Source: Eledone cirrhosa (taxonomy: Eukaryota). Taken from it: DNA of 64,000 bases. The notes under the pieces were generated by a model. That model did no database searches, was not told the origin of the DNA, and was given only the letters and a program-made list of their open reading frames with translations. Positions 1 through 15,074 of the stretch are shown one piece after another. The stretch's first letter is position 1, and every line of letters starts with the position of its first letter. The position numbers and the translations under genes were made by a program. The stretch lies in contig OZ024746.1 in assembly GCA_964016885.1 (NCBI GenBank), forward strand, positions 71,362,001 to 71,426,000, in the 5' to 3' direction.

Positions 1-562
1 CTCTCTCTCTCTTTCTCTTTCTCTCTCTCTTTGTAAATATATATTTATATTATATATATATATATGTGTGTGTGTGTGTGAGTGTGTGTGTGTCTGTGTG
101 TCTGTGTGTGTGGGTGTGTGTATGTTTGTGTATGTGTTTGTGTGTTTGTGTCTTGAATATCGGTAAAACATGTAAACATGGGTGAGAAAGTAGAAAAGCC
201 TGTGTTATTGAGCGAAGTCGTTTACGTTAGTTCTTTGTCACTGATGTTGCTGTCAGAAATGCTAGGAGTTCATGGAGTGGTCGATTGGAAAACTGTAACC
301 AACAACGCTTTGGTTCAACAACTGTGATGAAGAAACAAATGAAATATGATAAATAAACTATGAGCAAGATTCATAAAAGTATCATGATATAAATTGGAAG
401 CCATTTTGAATTCTGGGGATATTGAATGTTTCTGATAAAATGGACATTAACAAAAGTACCATCAAATAAATTAGAAGCCATTTTGTTGTGCTTATATAGA
501 AGAATTATGGGAATATCATGGACAGAACACAATTATGGATTTTAAGAAAAGTATAATGAAAT

Positions 563-770
563 GTGTGCGATTCCTCGACTGGGTTGTGTGTTGTGTTCTT
601 GAACAAAACATTTCATTTCACGCTGCTCCAGTATACTCATCTGAAAATGAGTATCAGCAGAAACTGGGGCGATGGGGGAGGGGGAAGATTAACCCTGCGA
701 TGGACTAGTGTCATGTCCAGGGGGCAGCCATGTACTCTCAGTCGATTCAGGATAAGCACCAGCCTGGTCG
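563..770 (+). mobile_element. Degenerate tRNA-derived SINE (family 2), 5'-truncated
   Basis: B-box remnant GTGCGATTCC followed by GTGTTCTTGAACAAAACATTTCATTTCAC, similar to the intact copy at 57358-57570. Confidence 0.6.
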
Positions 771-1137
771 GACAGTCGCGGCAGACTTTAGACTTAGATA
801 ATGAAATAAGCCCTTTTGTGACCATATTTCAAATGAGAATATACTGCCTCTGTGTCTAAAGGGTTAATACAAAGAGCATTAAAAAGCTAATTAGACATTT
901 TATGTTGAAGAAATAACACCATTAATCAGTGATTAATGTCATTATGAAAATTCCCAAAAGTTGGGAAAGCAAACCTGTACGTATTTTCGTTTGCTAACGA
1001 AATTTGTCAAACAATTTTATCTCAGTAAAAACTATTTTTGTTTTGTTAATTGTTGTCTGACCAGATTATTTTAGGCTTACGTAATTAAAGCAGTTGTGTA
1101 ATTTGTTTCGTTATCGCCTGATAAGCCTGTCAACTGC

Positions 1138-1227
1138 TTATATATATATATATATACATTTTTGTATATACATATGTGTGTGTTTGTATGCATATATATA
1201 CATATATATATACATATATACATACAC

Positions 1228-1280
<53 letters not shown>

Positions 1281-1281
1281 T

Positions 1282-1362
<81 letters not shown>
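1138..1362. repeat. Compound (TA)n/(CA)n microsatellite, representative of dozens of such tracts
   Basis: Read directly. These tracts produce the YI/HT/CV pseudo-ORFs. Confidence 0.98.
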
Positions 1363-1364
<2 letters not shown>

Positions 1365-1403
1365 TGTATATGTATATGTGTGTGTCTTTGTGTCTGTATA
1401 TAT

Positions 1404-2444
<1,041 letters not shown>

Positions 2445-2662
2445 TCCATACGACTACAGTTAAATTATCTATAATTTGTTGTGAAATATGTAGAATAATT
2501 TCCCTGAATGTTCCAATTTCTGGAATATTTTGATAACCGAGCTGCTTCATTTCTGTGTTGATACAGCTAGTTAACCGCCAACCGCCAATGCCTTCGGCAA
2601 TCAGTCTGGAACTAGCTGTTGTTACGACAAGAGCTCAACCGTCGGGGTCCCGACTCTTTATA

Positions 2663-2753
<91 letters not shown>

Positions 2754-3122
2754 CCTATATATGAAACACATTTTGTGTGCATTTTCAATCAAGGAAAGAT
2801 AGCAAAATGAGTTCAATGGGGAGAAGAACACATGAGACTCGGACAAACAGAAAACAATGCTCACTTCTTAAGCAACCGATTGTAGGTTACGTACATCCGA
2901 TTTCGATCATAACATAGGGACTGCAATGCCCTTTATGTGTGCGATGGACACATACTCGCATAAATATACACAGACATGTGCACACACGAAACCACATACA
3001 TGCACAGACACACGCATGCACAAACACACAGTGACACATGTAGATTTGCCTGCGCAAATGGGAGAAACAATACTCAATACACGGATAGTACGATTTACAA
3101 CGATATATATATATATATATAT

Positions 3123-3153
<31 letters not shown>

Positions 3154-3159
3154 TATAAT

Positions 3160-3825
3160 ATACTAGCTAGCTCCTTTTTTTAAAGTATTAAATAGGTTTA
3201 TTTACAATAGTTTATAACTTTGCCTATTAATCCGTATGGTGAGCAAATGGGGTCCGACGTGCTGGCCTCCCCACAGCCTCGGCAGACAGGATGGAGAAGG
3301 CGTTTCCCCGGAGCATGGTAAGGGAGAGCCATACCAACTCGCGAGGCTCACACCTGCGGCTGGCCAGCTCAGCGCCTATGATGGTGAATAGGGAGGTAGC
3401 CCTAGGGCCAAGGACACCAGAAGTCTCCACTGCCAAGGGCACGACCGCAAACCTGTCGGAGAGCGACCGGTATTTGGAGAGTTTGGCCTCTTCAGCCCGA
3501 CGTGCAGCAGAACCTGGGTTAGTCGGAGACTGCACCAGGTTGCGGCTGGAGAAAGTTTCGCTTCAAGTGGCATCCCAGACGAGGGAATTGCCACCGCGGA
3601 ACGGGAAAATGGTCATACTATCTGGCCTTTTGCCATCCCCTCAGTCCAGCTCCACCGGCTCGAGCTAAGAGGGGAAGCCTGCAGCGTCCAAGCCATGCTT
3701 AATGACCTCGTTGAGGGCAACATGGTGTGGAAGGAGGCCGGCACGGTGGCGACAGGAAAGCGGGTGGAGGCAGAAAGAGTCCTCGGTGGATGCACAGCGA
3801 CATCTATGTGGCTAGCAGATCCGGA
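3160..3825 (-). mobile_element. CRE-like non-LTR retrotransposon 3' fragment (restriction-like endonuclease domain), degenerate
   Basis: Minus-strand translation across frames gives GDGKRPD..IFPFRGGNSLVWDAT..AARRAEEAKLSKY..VPLAVETSGVLGP..RGNAFSIL. Flanked by (TA)n on both sides. Confidence 0.8.
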
Positions 3826-3876
3826 ATATATATATATATATATATAGTGTAATGTATAGTGATGTGACATACATAT

Positions 3877-3966
<90 letters not shown>

Positions 3967-4096
3967 TGGTCTGCCGTTACAATAATACTGAATTGGCGGG
4001 CCATCCTCGAATAGAAGTTGTCCTCTATTTTCTATTTTCCATTCTCTGTTTGTGTTCGTGGAAATCCTGTTTCCTTACACAACTAATTCTGCAATT

Positions 4097-4172
4097 AACA
4101 CCTGATGAAATCGCCCAATCCATGCCTCATAAGCGGATGATGAAACTGGGCCATCGAAATATGTATAATGTT
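4097..4172 (+). ncRNA. Type I hammerhead ribozyme motif (minimal stem III)
   Basis: AACAC-CTGATGA(4102)-stem II GCCCA/TGGGC-GAAA(4156)-TATGTA-TA-ATGTT. Confidence 0.65.
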
Positions 4173-4671
4173 TTCGTGGAATTAAAATCCTAAAGAAAAT
4201 TTCCTGTCCGACCTGTTGTTTTTAACGAATATATATATATTTATATATATATGTATATATATATAACTTTTTTTTTTTAAAACACATATATATATGTGTG
4301 TGTGTGTGTAATCGTATATGCATACAGGCACCAATTCATCACCCCCACTGCCGCCAACACCAACACTACTGCCACCATATCATATAACCAAAGTAGGTAG
4401 GGTAAATGTTAGTTGAACAGTGGTAGATATTTAACAATTTAGTAGTAAAATATGTTCATTAGTTGTGATCTAATTAATTGTAATTACTGACTAACCTTAA
4501 ATTGCTACAACTGACACGGATATTCAATATTACTAAAACAAATCTCGAGTAATTACCAGCAGCTGGTCTCTCTCCCCACCCTCTCTCTCTTTCTCTGTAT
4601 ATATATATATACATATATATACATACATACATACACACATACACACACACACACAAACACATATATATATA

Positions 4672-4844
<173 letters not shown>

Positions 4845-4940
4845 CCGTCCGTGTGTATGTTTAGTGAATATCTATATACAATTTGAAATGTAGTAGCACC
4901 AATGGAAATGTATATAACAATAACCAATCATAATATATAG

Positions 4941-5092
4941 TAATTGGCAGAGTCGTTAGAACCTTCGGATTGAGTACTTTGCGGTATTTGTTTCGGCTTT
5001 CTGCTCTCTGTGTTCAAATCCCACCGAGATCAACTTTGTCTTTCATTCATTCAAGATTGGTAAAGAGGTACCAGTCAAGTACTGGGATCGAT
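4941..5092 (+). mobile_element. Old tRNA-derived SINE (family 1)
   Basis: TGGCAGAGTCGTTAG A-box, GTTCAAATCCC B-box, TCAACTTTGTCTTTCAT body. Confidence 0.75.
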
Positions 5093-5927
5093 TCTTCGTC
5101 TATATCTGTTTGTAACTTGCATTTCCTCACGCTCTCTATCCTTTTCTAGAAGAAATCTGCTGTATTTAGACATTGTGAAGTGATGGGCACACAAGTGCCC
5201 TAGAAACGCCATATGTCAACACGCCACCCCTACGACTCCCCCCACGATTTACTGGACCATGTATACACATATAGTACTCGAGAAATTCCGGCCACGGAAA
5301 AACGTGGGCAGAGCTGCCTGCGATGAATAGAATCCGATTTTCTCCACTAATATTTATAAAGAACGGCTATTATTATTATCATTTGCGTTAGGACAATTAC
5401 AATTCTAATTTCCCCATTGCTTTAGAAGTCATTATATATATACACATACACACACATATATATATATATATATACACATACACACATACACGCATACACA
5501 CACATACACACACACATATGTGTGTGTGTGTGTGTACGTTTGTGTATGTGTGTATGTATATTTATATATTTGCCTTTTAACAATGATAATGGGATGTTTA
5601 TCTAATCTTCATCATATGGGTGTTTACAGACATATGTATAATTATATATACACATAACCCACGCACCCACATATACAGGATGAAGCGTAGAATAGCAAGC
5701 AATTATCATACTGATTACACACGTATACACGCATGCCCATACACAAACGCACATGCACGCACACACACATTTACACACATATATAGAGACATACATATAG
5801 ATCTATATGTGATCGCAGACTCAAGTTTAGTCTCATTGGTTTGCTATGGGACATTTATGCTTTATTAGTAGCTTCATATTACTGTCCTTTGATCGTATTA
5901 ATTGACCGTATTAAGCTCTGGACGGAT

Positions 5928-6072
5928 CACGGCCGAGCGGTTAAGAAGTTCGTTTAGCAATCCTGTGTTATCGAGTTCACACCCATTGTCATAACATCTT
6001 GTGCAAGTGTAGTTTTATCACCATAACCCCCGGATTGGTCGAAACCACGTAAAAGAAATTTGGAAGCCCGTC
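5928..6072 (+). mobile_element. Degenerate tRNA-derived SINE (family 3)
   Basis: GGCCGAGCGGTTAAG A-box, GAGTTCACACCC B-box, ends GAAGCCCGTCG. A related fragment lies at ~26350-26450. Confidence 0.55.
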
Positions 6073-6264
6073 GGATGTATTGTACTTGTAATTGACTAGT
6101 GTGTTCTTAAGTTTATTGAAAGACTGAATGTTCAACATCGAAACCATATTCTTAGGTCGAAACAAGTCTTGTGAATGAAAGTGTGGAGACGAAAATTTAT
6201 GAATCCTAGACTTATCGTTCAACCAGGAGAGAAAGGTTCACCAAAGACCCTAATCTGGGATAAT

Positions 6265-6388
6265 AACACTGTCCGGGAGGAACGACGTGATCCAAATGTT
6301 ATACACACACACACACGCACACACACACACACACGCGTGTGTGTGTGTGTATAACATTTGGATCACGTCGTTCCTCCCGGACAGTGTT
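6265..6388. repeat. Inverted repeat centred on (CA)n/(TG)n
   Basis: AACACTGTCCGGGAGGAACGACGTGATCCAAATGTTATA and its exact reverse complement flank the microsatellite. Confidence 0.9.
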
Positions 6389-6615
6389 ATGTGTGTGTAT
6401 ACAGCGTCGAGTCTGTAGAACGGTGGTGTTTGTTTCGGCTCTCTGCAGTTCAATACCCCGGAGGTCAACTTTGCCTTTCAATTTTCCGATGTTATAAATA
6501 ACGTACAAGTCTAGTACTACGGCCGATTTTTCTCTCCATCTCTCTTTCTCTCTCTATTTCTGGAAGAAATCAATTGGTTGTCTTCTTCAACCCTCACCTC
6601 TCACTCCCTCTATGT

Positions 6616-6699
<84 letters not shown>

Positions 6700-7209
6700 T
6701 TTAATTTAGTCTATGTTATTTGATTTTAGTTTACCTTATTTTATCTTATTTTACGATTATACTATATTATGTTCTATGTATATAATTTTTAATTTTTAAT
6801 TTTATATTATTTTATCTCATTCCTTACCCTATATTTTATATTTTATATGTAAGTTTGTTATGTATTTCTTTGTATTTCTTTTTATATATATTATAAGTCT
6901 GTTTTTCACCTATTTTTTACCTATTTTTTACCTACTCTTACCTAATCCCATTATCTTATCTACTCTTGTCTGTTCTCTTATCCATGTGTCTACTCTTGTC
7001 TGTTCTCTTATCCATGTGTATGCTTGTATGTAACTATATTTTGACAGCACCCCGTCCAACTGTGACTGATAGCACCCCTTATTTTTATTTTTATTTTTAT
7101 TTTTACTTTTATTTTTATTTTTATTCTTATCCTCTATCGTCTATTATTACCTTTCATTCTTCAATGTCTTGGATTTGTTATTGCTTGTATGGTATGTAAT
7201 TAACCTTTA

Positions 7210-7255
7210 TGCTCTGATGAGTCCCACTTATAGTGCGGATGAAACAATGTTAGCA
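7210..7255 (+). ncRNA. Type I hammerhead ribozyme motif
   Basis: TGCT-CTGATGA(7214)-GTCC..GGAT-GAAA(7241)-CAATG-TT-AGCA. Stems I, II and III can all pair. Confidence 0.75.
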
Positions 7256-7412
7256 AGTAAAGATATGCATATGCTATAAGCGTTCTTTGTTATTTATTTA
7301 TTATATTACGGCTCTGTCCTCAGACATTGAGCTAACCTCATACTGCCTGCTGGATAAGTGGAGTGTTATACACCCCTGATCCTTTCCCTAGCATACTATA
7401 TATATATATATA

Positions 7413-7640
7413 TATTTATTAAAATAACAGATTAAAGTTTAAGTAAAGAATCGCTGCTTTCACCCTTAACGGGATCTTCTGTTACAGAAGATCCCGTTAA
7501 GGGTGAAAGCAGCGATTCTTTGCTTAAACTTTAATCTGTTATTTTAATAAATATTTGCTCTACGGTTCTTATGTATTTGATATATATTTATCCTTATCGA
7601 GCCATCTTTGGATTTTAGTCTTCAGATTTATTATTATTAC
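7413..7640. mobile_element. Palindromic short insertion, family C, in (TA)n
   Basis: Inverted arms at 7413-7481 and 7485-7553, then a unique 3' tail and (TA)n. Same family at ~25815-26065 and 61535-61790. Confidence 0.8.
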
Positions 7641-7741
<101 letters not shown>

Positions 7742-7878
7742 ATATATGTATATGTATATGTATATATATGTATATATATATATATATGTATGTAAAAGGT
7801 AAACAGAAATAACAACACGATCGGTACAGTATATGGAAGGTATATATTAGGTTAACGCTTGATATAGCAGGAAGAGGG

Positions 7879-7914
7879 TCTTAACGTTTCGGACGCTAGT
7901 CCTTCATCAGAAGA
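7879..7914 (-). ncRNA. Minimal type I hammerhead ribozyme motif
   Basis: Minus strand reads TCTT-CTGATGA-AGGAC-TAGC-GTCC-GAAA-CG-TT-AAGA, with palindromic stem III (AACGTT). A decayed copy of the same family lies at 10104-10140 (+). Confidence 0.8.
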
Positions 7915-7994
7915 AAGACTGAGAAATAAAATAGATTGAGGGGACGGGCGGGATGAAATTGGAAAAAAAAGTGTCTTTAGATAACAATAACAGG

Positions 7995-8155
7995 TCCATT
8001 CTTGAACCGGGCGATGCGTTATGTCCTTGAGCAAGACACATTATTTCACTTTGCCCCTTCTGCCTGGACTTGCGACCGATAGATAGTATTAGCAATTGTA
8101 AAGACCAACGAAACATTGTTTCCTCGGTCCCATTTGACGAAAGTCGATCGACTGT
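7995..8155 (+). mobile_element. SINE family 2, 5'-truncated
   Basis: GCGATGCGTTATGTCCTTGAGCAAGACAC..GACGAAAGTCGATCG, matching 57425-57570. Confidence 0.8.
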
Positions 8156-8656
8156 CGTTATATATGACGCTTCTACCGAGAACTGGATAACCTACTCATT
8201 GAATTAGCGTGCAAAGTTGCTATTTCAAAGATACGTATAGTCTTAACCTATTCCAGAGTGTGACATGGCTGGATATTTGAATTGCAGGTACAGTCAATCT
8301 GACGGGCTTACACATAGTTTCTGTATACTTAATATCTTTCACAATGCTTGGGTCTACTCGGATCTAAGTTATTGATATTTGACGTAGAGGCCACGTGAGA
8401 GGAGGGTGTCTGGGAGTTCATGTTTTCGAATGGAACTTCTGAACCACTCACCCATACACACACACGCGCACTCACTCGCACACACACACACACACACAGA
8501 CACACACCCATATATATATATATATATATATATATACAAGCATACACATCCATAATTACTCCATATTTAGTAATTACCAAACATTGTGCGACACTATAAA
8601 CATCTACAGCAACAACAACCACAATATCAATGTGGAATATTACTACAACCACGAAC

Positions 8657-8689
<33 letters not shown>

Positions 8690-8874
8690 GTATTGACATT
8701 CAATATAACACCAAGAGCAGTAACCATATTAATTTCAACCACCTGAAGAAGAAGAAGAAGAAGAAGAAGAAGAAGAAGAAGAAGAAGAAGAAGAAGAAGA
8801 AGAAGAAACACAACAACAACAATAACGGCACCAACAACAATATGATTATCACAATTCTCAACAGGAGGGACATC

Positions 8875-9250
8875 GGTGGATTGGCAGTATCGGTAGAGGG
8901 TCGGACACCATGCTTTCCAGCATAGTTACGTCCCTTTACGATCTGAGTTCAAATCCCGCCGAGGTTGACTTTGCCTTTCATCCTTATGGGGTCGATAAAA
9001 TAAAGTACCAGTAATGCACTGGGTATTTGCTGGCCTTGTGCCTAAAGTAGAAACAATTATTTTATTTTGGCAGTATCGGTAGAGGGTCGGACGCCATGCT
9101 TTGCAGTATAGAGTTACGCCCCTTTACGGTCTGAGTTCAAATCCCGCCGAGGTTAACTGCCTTTCATCCGTACGGAGGTCGATAAAATAAAGTACCAGTA
9201 ATACACTGGGATAATTGCTGGCCTTGTGCCCAAAGTAGAAACAATTATTA
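8875..9250 (+). mobile_element. Two tandem young SINE family 1 copies (8875-9060, 9067-9250)
   Basis: TTGGCAGTATCGGTAG A-box, GAGTTCAAATCCC B-box, GGCCTTGTGCCYAAAGTAGAAACAATT tail, present twice. Confidence 0.9.
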
Positions 9251-9481
9251 TTTTGGTGTTCTCTGAACGATTTAGTCAATTAGGAAATTGCTTATGATTA
9301 AAAGTGTTGACAAGAAGGCTTGGTGATTGTTGGTAGGTTGATGATGGTGGTGCTGTTACTGATAACTCCTATTCGTAGTGTTGGTGTTGACAATGCTGTT
9401 GTTGTTGGTAACTAGGATTGGTGGGGTGACTGGTGGTTCTGACCATACAAAGGCATTTAAAAACGTTTTGTTGATGAAATA

Positions 9482-9770
9482 AATTGTTTCTACTTTTGGC
9501 ACAAGGCCAGCAAATTACCCAGTGCATTACTGGTACTTTATTTTATCGACCCCGTAAGGATGAAAGGCAAAGTTAACCTCGGTGGGATTTGAACTCAGAT
9601 TGAAAAGGGCCGTAACTCTATGCATCAAAGCATGGCGTCCGACCCTCTACCGATACTGCCAATCCACAAAAGTAATAAAGGCCAGCAATTTGGTAGGAGG
9701 GAAAAGTCGATTAAATAGACCCCAGTAAGTTACAGGTGCTTTATTTTATCAACCCCGTAAGGATGAAAAT
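9482..9770 (-). mobile_element. SINE family 1: full copy (9482-9667) plus partial copy (9679-9770)
   Basis: Reverse complement of the 8875 copy. Confidence 0.88.
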
Positions 9771-10421
9771 GATGATTTCTTTATTAACTACAAAAGATTT
9801 ACATCAAGAAAAATATTATGACAGTACAGAACGAAAACATAGAATGCGTGTATGCGCCCGCGCGCGCGTGTGTGTTGGTGTGTGGGTTTTGCGTGTAAAC
9901 AAATTTTGACAATGTTAAAAGCAAAAGATAATAGTAATTAAATAATCTATATAAAATAAATGTTTCTTCTCTACTGACGTATTGAGGACCTTATTTAACT
10001 GCGGTTTTCTTTTCGATCCCCTTCGGAAAAACCATCTTTTTCGTTCAGTTCCTTCCTCTTCTCAGTCTCTATCTTTCTATTTCATCTTTTATTTCTCATT
10101 CTATTTTCTGATGAAGGACTAGTGCCCGCAATATAAAGACTCTTTTCCTACTAGATCAAGCGTTAAACTAATATGTTTCTTCATTGTACTGTTTTGTTTA
10201 CTTTGTTGTTTACGCTTACGTTTGGCATATGTATGGTATCCACTGTAAATTGTGGGGTCTGGTGATATGCATGTAAGTAAATATTCTCTCTATCTGATAG
10301 TTTGTAAAATTACATAGATCAATAACTGAGTATAGATACAATGTATTATCACCATCTAGAAACGATCGTAAAGCAGTGAAGTATATCTCTAATGACTTGA
10401 TCTTTTATTTCATTGTTTTAA

Positions 10422-10479
<58 letters not shown>

Positions 10480-10581
10480 CAAGAAAGTAAGTGTTGGTAA
10501 AATCCAGTACTTCAGTATGTCCCAAGGCTCTGATACCATGAACACTATACACACAGAGCTGGCATATCTAAGAACTGACTA

Positions 10582-10637
10582 ACTGCCTGATGAGGTCATA
10601 GTCATTCAATGGCTATCCTCGAAATATATATAGCAGT
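10582..10637 (+). ncRNA. Type I hammerhead ribozyme motif
   Basis: ACTGC-CTGATGA(10587)-stem II ATAGTCA/TGGCTAT-GAAA(10621)-TATATA-TA-GCAGT. Confidence 0.75.
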
Positions 10638-10678
10638 AAATATAGGATTATGAGTTCATGCAATTGACTTATGTTTCG

Positions 10679-11315
<637 letters not shown>

Positions 11316-11989
11316 ATATATATATATATATTAGAAAAAAGCGGCCAAATATTTCTCAAATCCCAACGCCGATTGCCTTTTAAATATTGTACGACATAAT
11401 GTAGTTCTACATAAATGATTAAATAAAAGTCGCTATGTCCATAGATGGAACGTTGTGATCGTTATTGACAATAAGGCGCTAAATAACAATAATTAACATC
11501 ACTCTATACTTTATCCCACTCCCTCCACTCTAGCACCCACATTCTCTCTCCTTGTCCCCTCAACTCCCACCCTTCGACTCCCCCCCCATCTTCAGCCTTA
11601 CTCTTTCACTCACCCCCATATCCAACCGTGTGCCTCAATCCCTTCCCTATCCAATCCTCTACTCCTAACCCATACAACTCTCACTCCTTCAGCTACACCC
11701 CCACAGCCCCGCACCTTCCTCTATTTCTTCTCCTCTATATCCCCCTCCTCCACCCTCGATCATCCCCCTCCTCACTATCAGCACCCTCATTACCCCTTAC
11801 CATCACTAACAACAATGTTAGCACGTTCAATGGGGCTAGCCTGCTCCACTCCCACTTGAGAAGTCTTCACTCCTTGCAGTGCATCCCCACTTCATTTCCA
11901 TCAACATCATCATCAGCACCATCACCACCACCTCCATCATCATCATCATGTCACCGCCATGAAAAACAATAACAATAACAACAGCAGCA

Positions 11990-12502
11990 CCAATACAATC
12001 ACCACCGCCGCCACCACCATTTACCACCACCACCACCACCACAAATCATCCACTACCACCACCACCACCACCACCACCACCACCACCACAAGCACCATCA
12101 CCACCACCACCATCACCACCATCCACTACCACCACCACCACTAAAACCACCATCACCACCATCCACTACCACCATCCACTACTACCACCACCAACGCTAC
12201 TACCACCATCCACTACCACCATCCACTACCACCCACTACCACCCACTACCATCACCCCAACAACCACCACCACCACCACAACCACCATCACCACCATCCA
12301 CTACCACCATCACCACCACTACTACCACCCACCACCATCACCATCACCACCGCCACCACCACCCCAACCACCATCACCACCACCATCCCAACCACCACCA
12401 CCACAACCACCATCACCACCATCACAACCACCATCACCACCATCACCACCATCACTACCATCACAACCACCATCACCACCATCCATTATCACCACCGTCA
12501 CC

Positions 12503-12533
<31 letters not shown>

Positions 12534-12775
12534 CCACCACCACCACCACCACCACCACCACCACCACCACCACCACCACCACCACCACCACCACCTTCAC
12601 CATCACCACCACTACTACCATCCACTACCACCACCATCACCACCACTACCACCATCAACACCACCACCACTACTACCACCCACAACCACCACTACCACAA
12701 CCACCACCACCACCACAACTACCTCACCTCTAACCCCACCACCATCATCACTGCCATTACCACCATCGCCACCAG
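11990..12775. repeat. Imperfect (ACC)n/(ATC)n trinucleotide tract
   Basis: Read directly. Confidence 0.95.
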
Positions 12776-12899
12776 CAGTAGAGAAAGGGTTGTGTGGTGT
12801 TGGTGAATTACTCAGGTGTGAGCTACGGCCACCATTCACTAATTACATCAAGTCTATATAAAAGTGTTTCGTACTCAACAAGAGACGCTATTGCCTTGG

Positions 12900-13213
12900 C
12901 AACGTCAACAACAGCAACAACAACAGCAACAACAACACAATCGAAGCATAACAAAAATAATAGAAGTAGCAAAACAACAATAACAATGACGACAGCAATA
13001 GCAACAACAATAACAACAACAGTAACATTTAGCGACAGCACCAACACGCATAACAACAACAGCAACAACAGCAACAACAGCAGCAGCAGCAGCAGCAGCA
13101 ACAATATTGGCAACAATAACAACACTTATGACAATTATAACAACAACAACAACAACAGCAGCAGCAACACTAATGGCAACAATAGCAACAATAATAACAC
13201 TTATGACAATTAT

Positions 13214-13253
<40 letters not shown>

Positions 13254-13387
13254 GCAGCAGCAGCAACACTAATGGCAACAATAGCAACAATAACAACACT
13301 TATGACAATTATAACAACAACAACAACAACAACAACAGCAACACTAATGGCAACAATAGCAACAATAACAACACTTATGACAATTAT

Positions 13388-13419
<32 letters not shown>

Positions 13420-13480
13420 CCACAACAACAGCAACAGCAGCAACAATAATGGCAACAATAACAACAATAACACTTATATG
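12900..13480. repeat. (AAC)n-based tract with a higher-order unit AACACTAATGGCAACAATAGC..ACTTATGACAATTAT
   Basis: The unit recurs 4-5 times between ~13100 and 13480, separated by variable (AAC)n. Confidence 0.9.
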
Positions 13481-13694
13481 GTTTCTGATATAGGCACAAT
13501 GCCATAGTCGAGGTAAAAGTCGATTAAATCCAAACCAGTGTATTACTGGTACTTTATTTTTTCGAACCCATAGATATGAAAGGCAAAGCTAAGCTCGGCG
13601 AGATTTGAAATCAGAACGTAAAGAGGTGCAACTACGCAAGTATATGCTGCAAAGCATGGTGTCCGACGCTCTACCAAAACAGCCAATCTATCGC
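13481..13694 (-). mobile_element. SINE family 1, diverged
   Basis: Reverse-complement tail, body and A-box are recognisable. Confidence 0.8.
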
Positions 13695-13745
13695 TCCAAT
13701 TATCACAATAACAACAAGAATTATGATAACAATAACAACAACAGA

Positions 13746-13830
13746 GACCTCCCTTGCCGTCCTCCGGGGAAATGCCTTCTCCATTCTGTCCGCCGGGGCT
13801 GTGGGTGGGCCCCATCGCGTACCAATACAT
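13746..13830 (+). mobile_element. CRE-like retrotransposon extreme 3' fragment
   Basis: Across one frameshift it reads SLAVLR(G)NAFSILSAGAVG, homologous to the end of the 3227-3535 ORF. Confidence 0.6.
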
Positions 13831-13949
13831 TAGTTAAATACCATTCTTTCATCTGATACAACACAATAAAGTTTATAGGTATAAACGTGATGAAGCACCG
13901 CAATAAAATACAAAACATATAGACTAAAAAAAATAAATAAATAAATAAA

Positions 13950-14003
<54 letters not shown>

Positions 14004-14032
14004 TCTAATAATAATAATAATAATAATAATAA

Positions 14033-14770
14033 TTCTACTTTTGGCACAAGGCCAGTAATTACTGGTACTTTATTTTATCGACCCCGTAAGAATGAAAGGC
14101 AAAGTTACCCTCGGCGGGATTTTAACTCAGAATGGCAAGGGCCGTAACTCAATGCGTCAAAGCATGACGTCCGACCCTCTACCGATACTGCCAATCCATC
14201 AATAATAACACCATTAACAGCAATTGTAACAACATCACCACGAACACTAATAGAAACAACATTGCAAATAGCAATAGTAAAAACATCGAAACCTCGATGC
14301 AAATTGTCACTAATAATATAATATAATATAATATAATTGTTTCTACTTTTGGCACAAGGCCAGCAATTATCCCAGTGTATTACTGGTACTTTATTTTATC
14401 GACTCTGTAAGGATGAAAGGCAAAGTTAACCTCGGCGGGATTTGAACTCAGATCTTAAAGGAAGGTAACACTATGCTTCAAAGCATGGCGTGCGACCCTC
14501 TACCGATAGTGCCAATCCACCGAAATATAATATAATATAATATAATATAATATAATATAATATAATATAATATAATATAATATAATATAATATAATAAAA
14601 TAAAATAAAATAAAATAAAATATAATAAAATATAATAAAATAAAATAAAATATAATATAATATAATTGTTTCTACTTTTGGCACTAGGCCAGCAATTACC
14701 AGTACATTACTGGTACTTTATTTTATCGACCCCGTAAGGATGAAAGGCAAAAAGTTAACATCGACGGGAT
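14033..14770 (-). mobile_element. Cluster of three SINE family 1 copies (14033-14198, 14335-14522, 14664-14770) with expanded (ATT)n/(ATATT)n/(TTTTA)n tails
   Basis: Repeated TTCTACTTTTGGCAC..GATACTGCCAATCC, each adjacent to an AT-rich microsatellite. Confidence 0.88.
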
Positions 14771-15074
14771 GGAATAAAATAAAATAAAATAAAATAAAAT
14801 AAAATAAAATAAAATAAAACAAAATAAAATAAAATAAAATAAAATAAAATAAAAAGCGCAGCCCAATACAGCCAAAATTGTATCTCAACCTAACGGGAGA
14901 TTATTACATATAAAGGTTTACATATATATATATATTTTCTAGCAAAAAGCCTACCAGCCGTAAGCAACTAATCACATCCTTTCTAACTTGACCGCTGCCA
15001 CGTCACGATTCTTAGCCATTTTTGAATGTATTCTTGCGCGATCACTTTAGAAAATTAATTGTCTAAATTTGAGC

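Noticed and set aside
860-1135. TAAT-rich stretch as a homeodomain enhancer (similarly 51860-51900)
   Set aside because: Such motifs are expected by chance in AT-rich DNA, and no comparative data are available.
5170-5225. GGGCAC-ACAA-GTGCCC-TA-GAAA..GTC as a hammerhead
   Set aside because: The 5' core box CTGAnGA is not recognisable. At best it is a decayed remnant.
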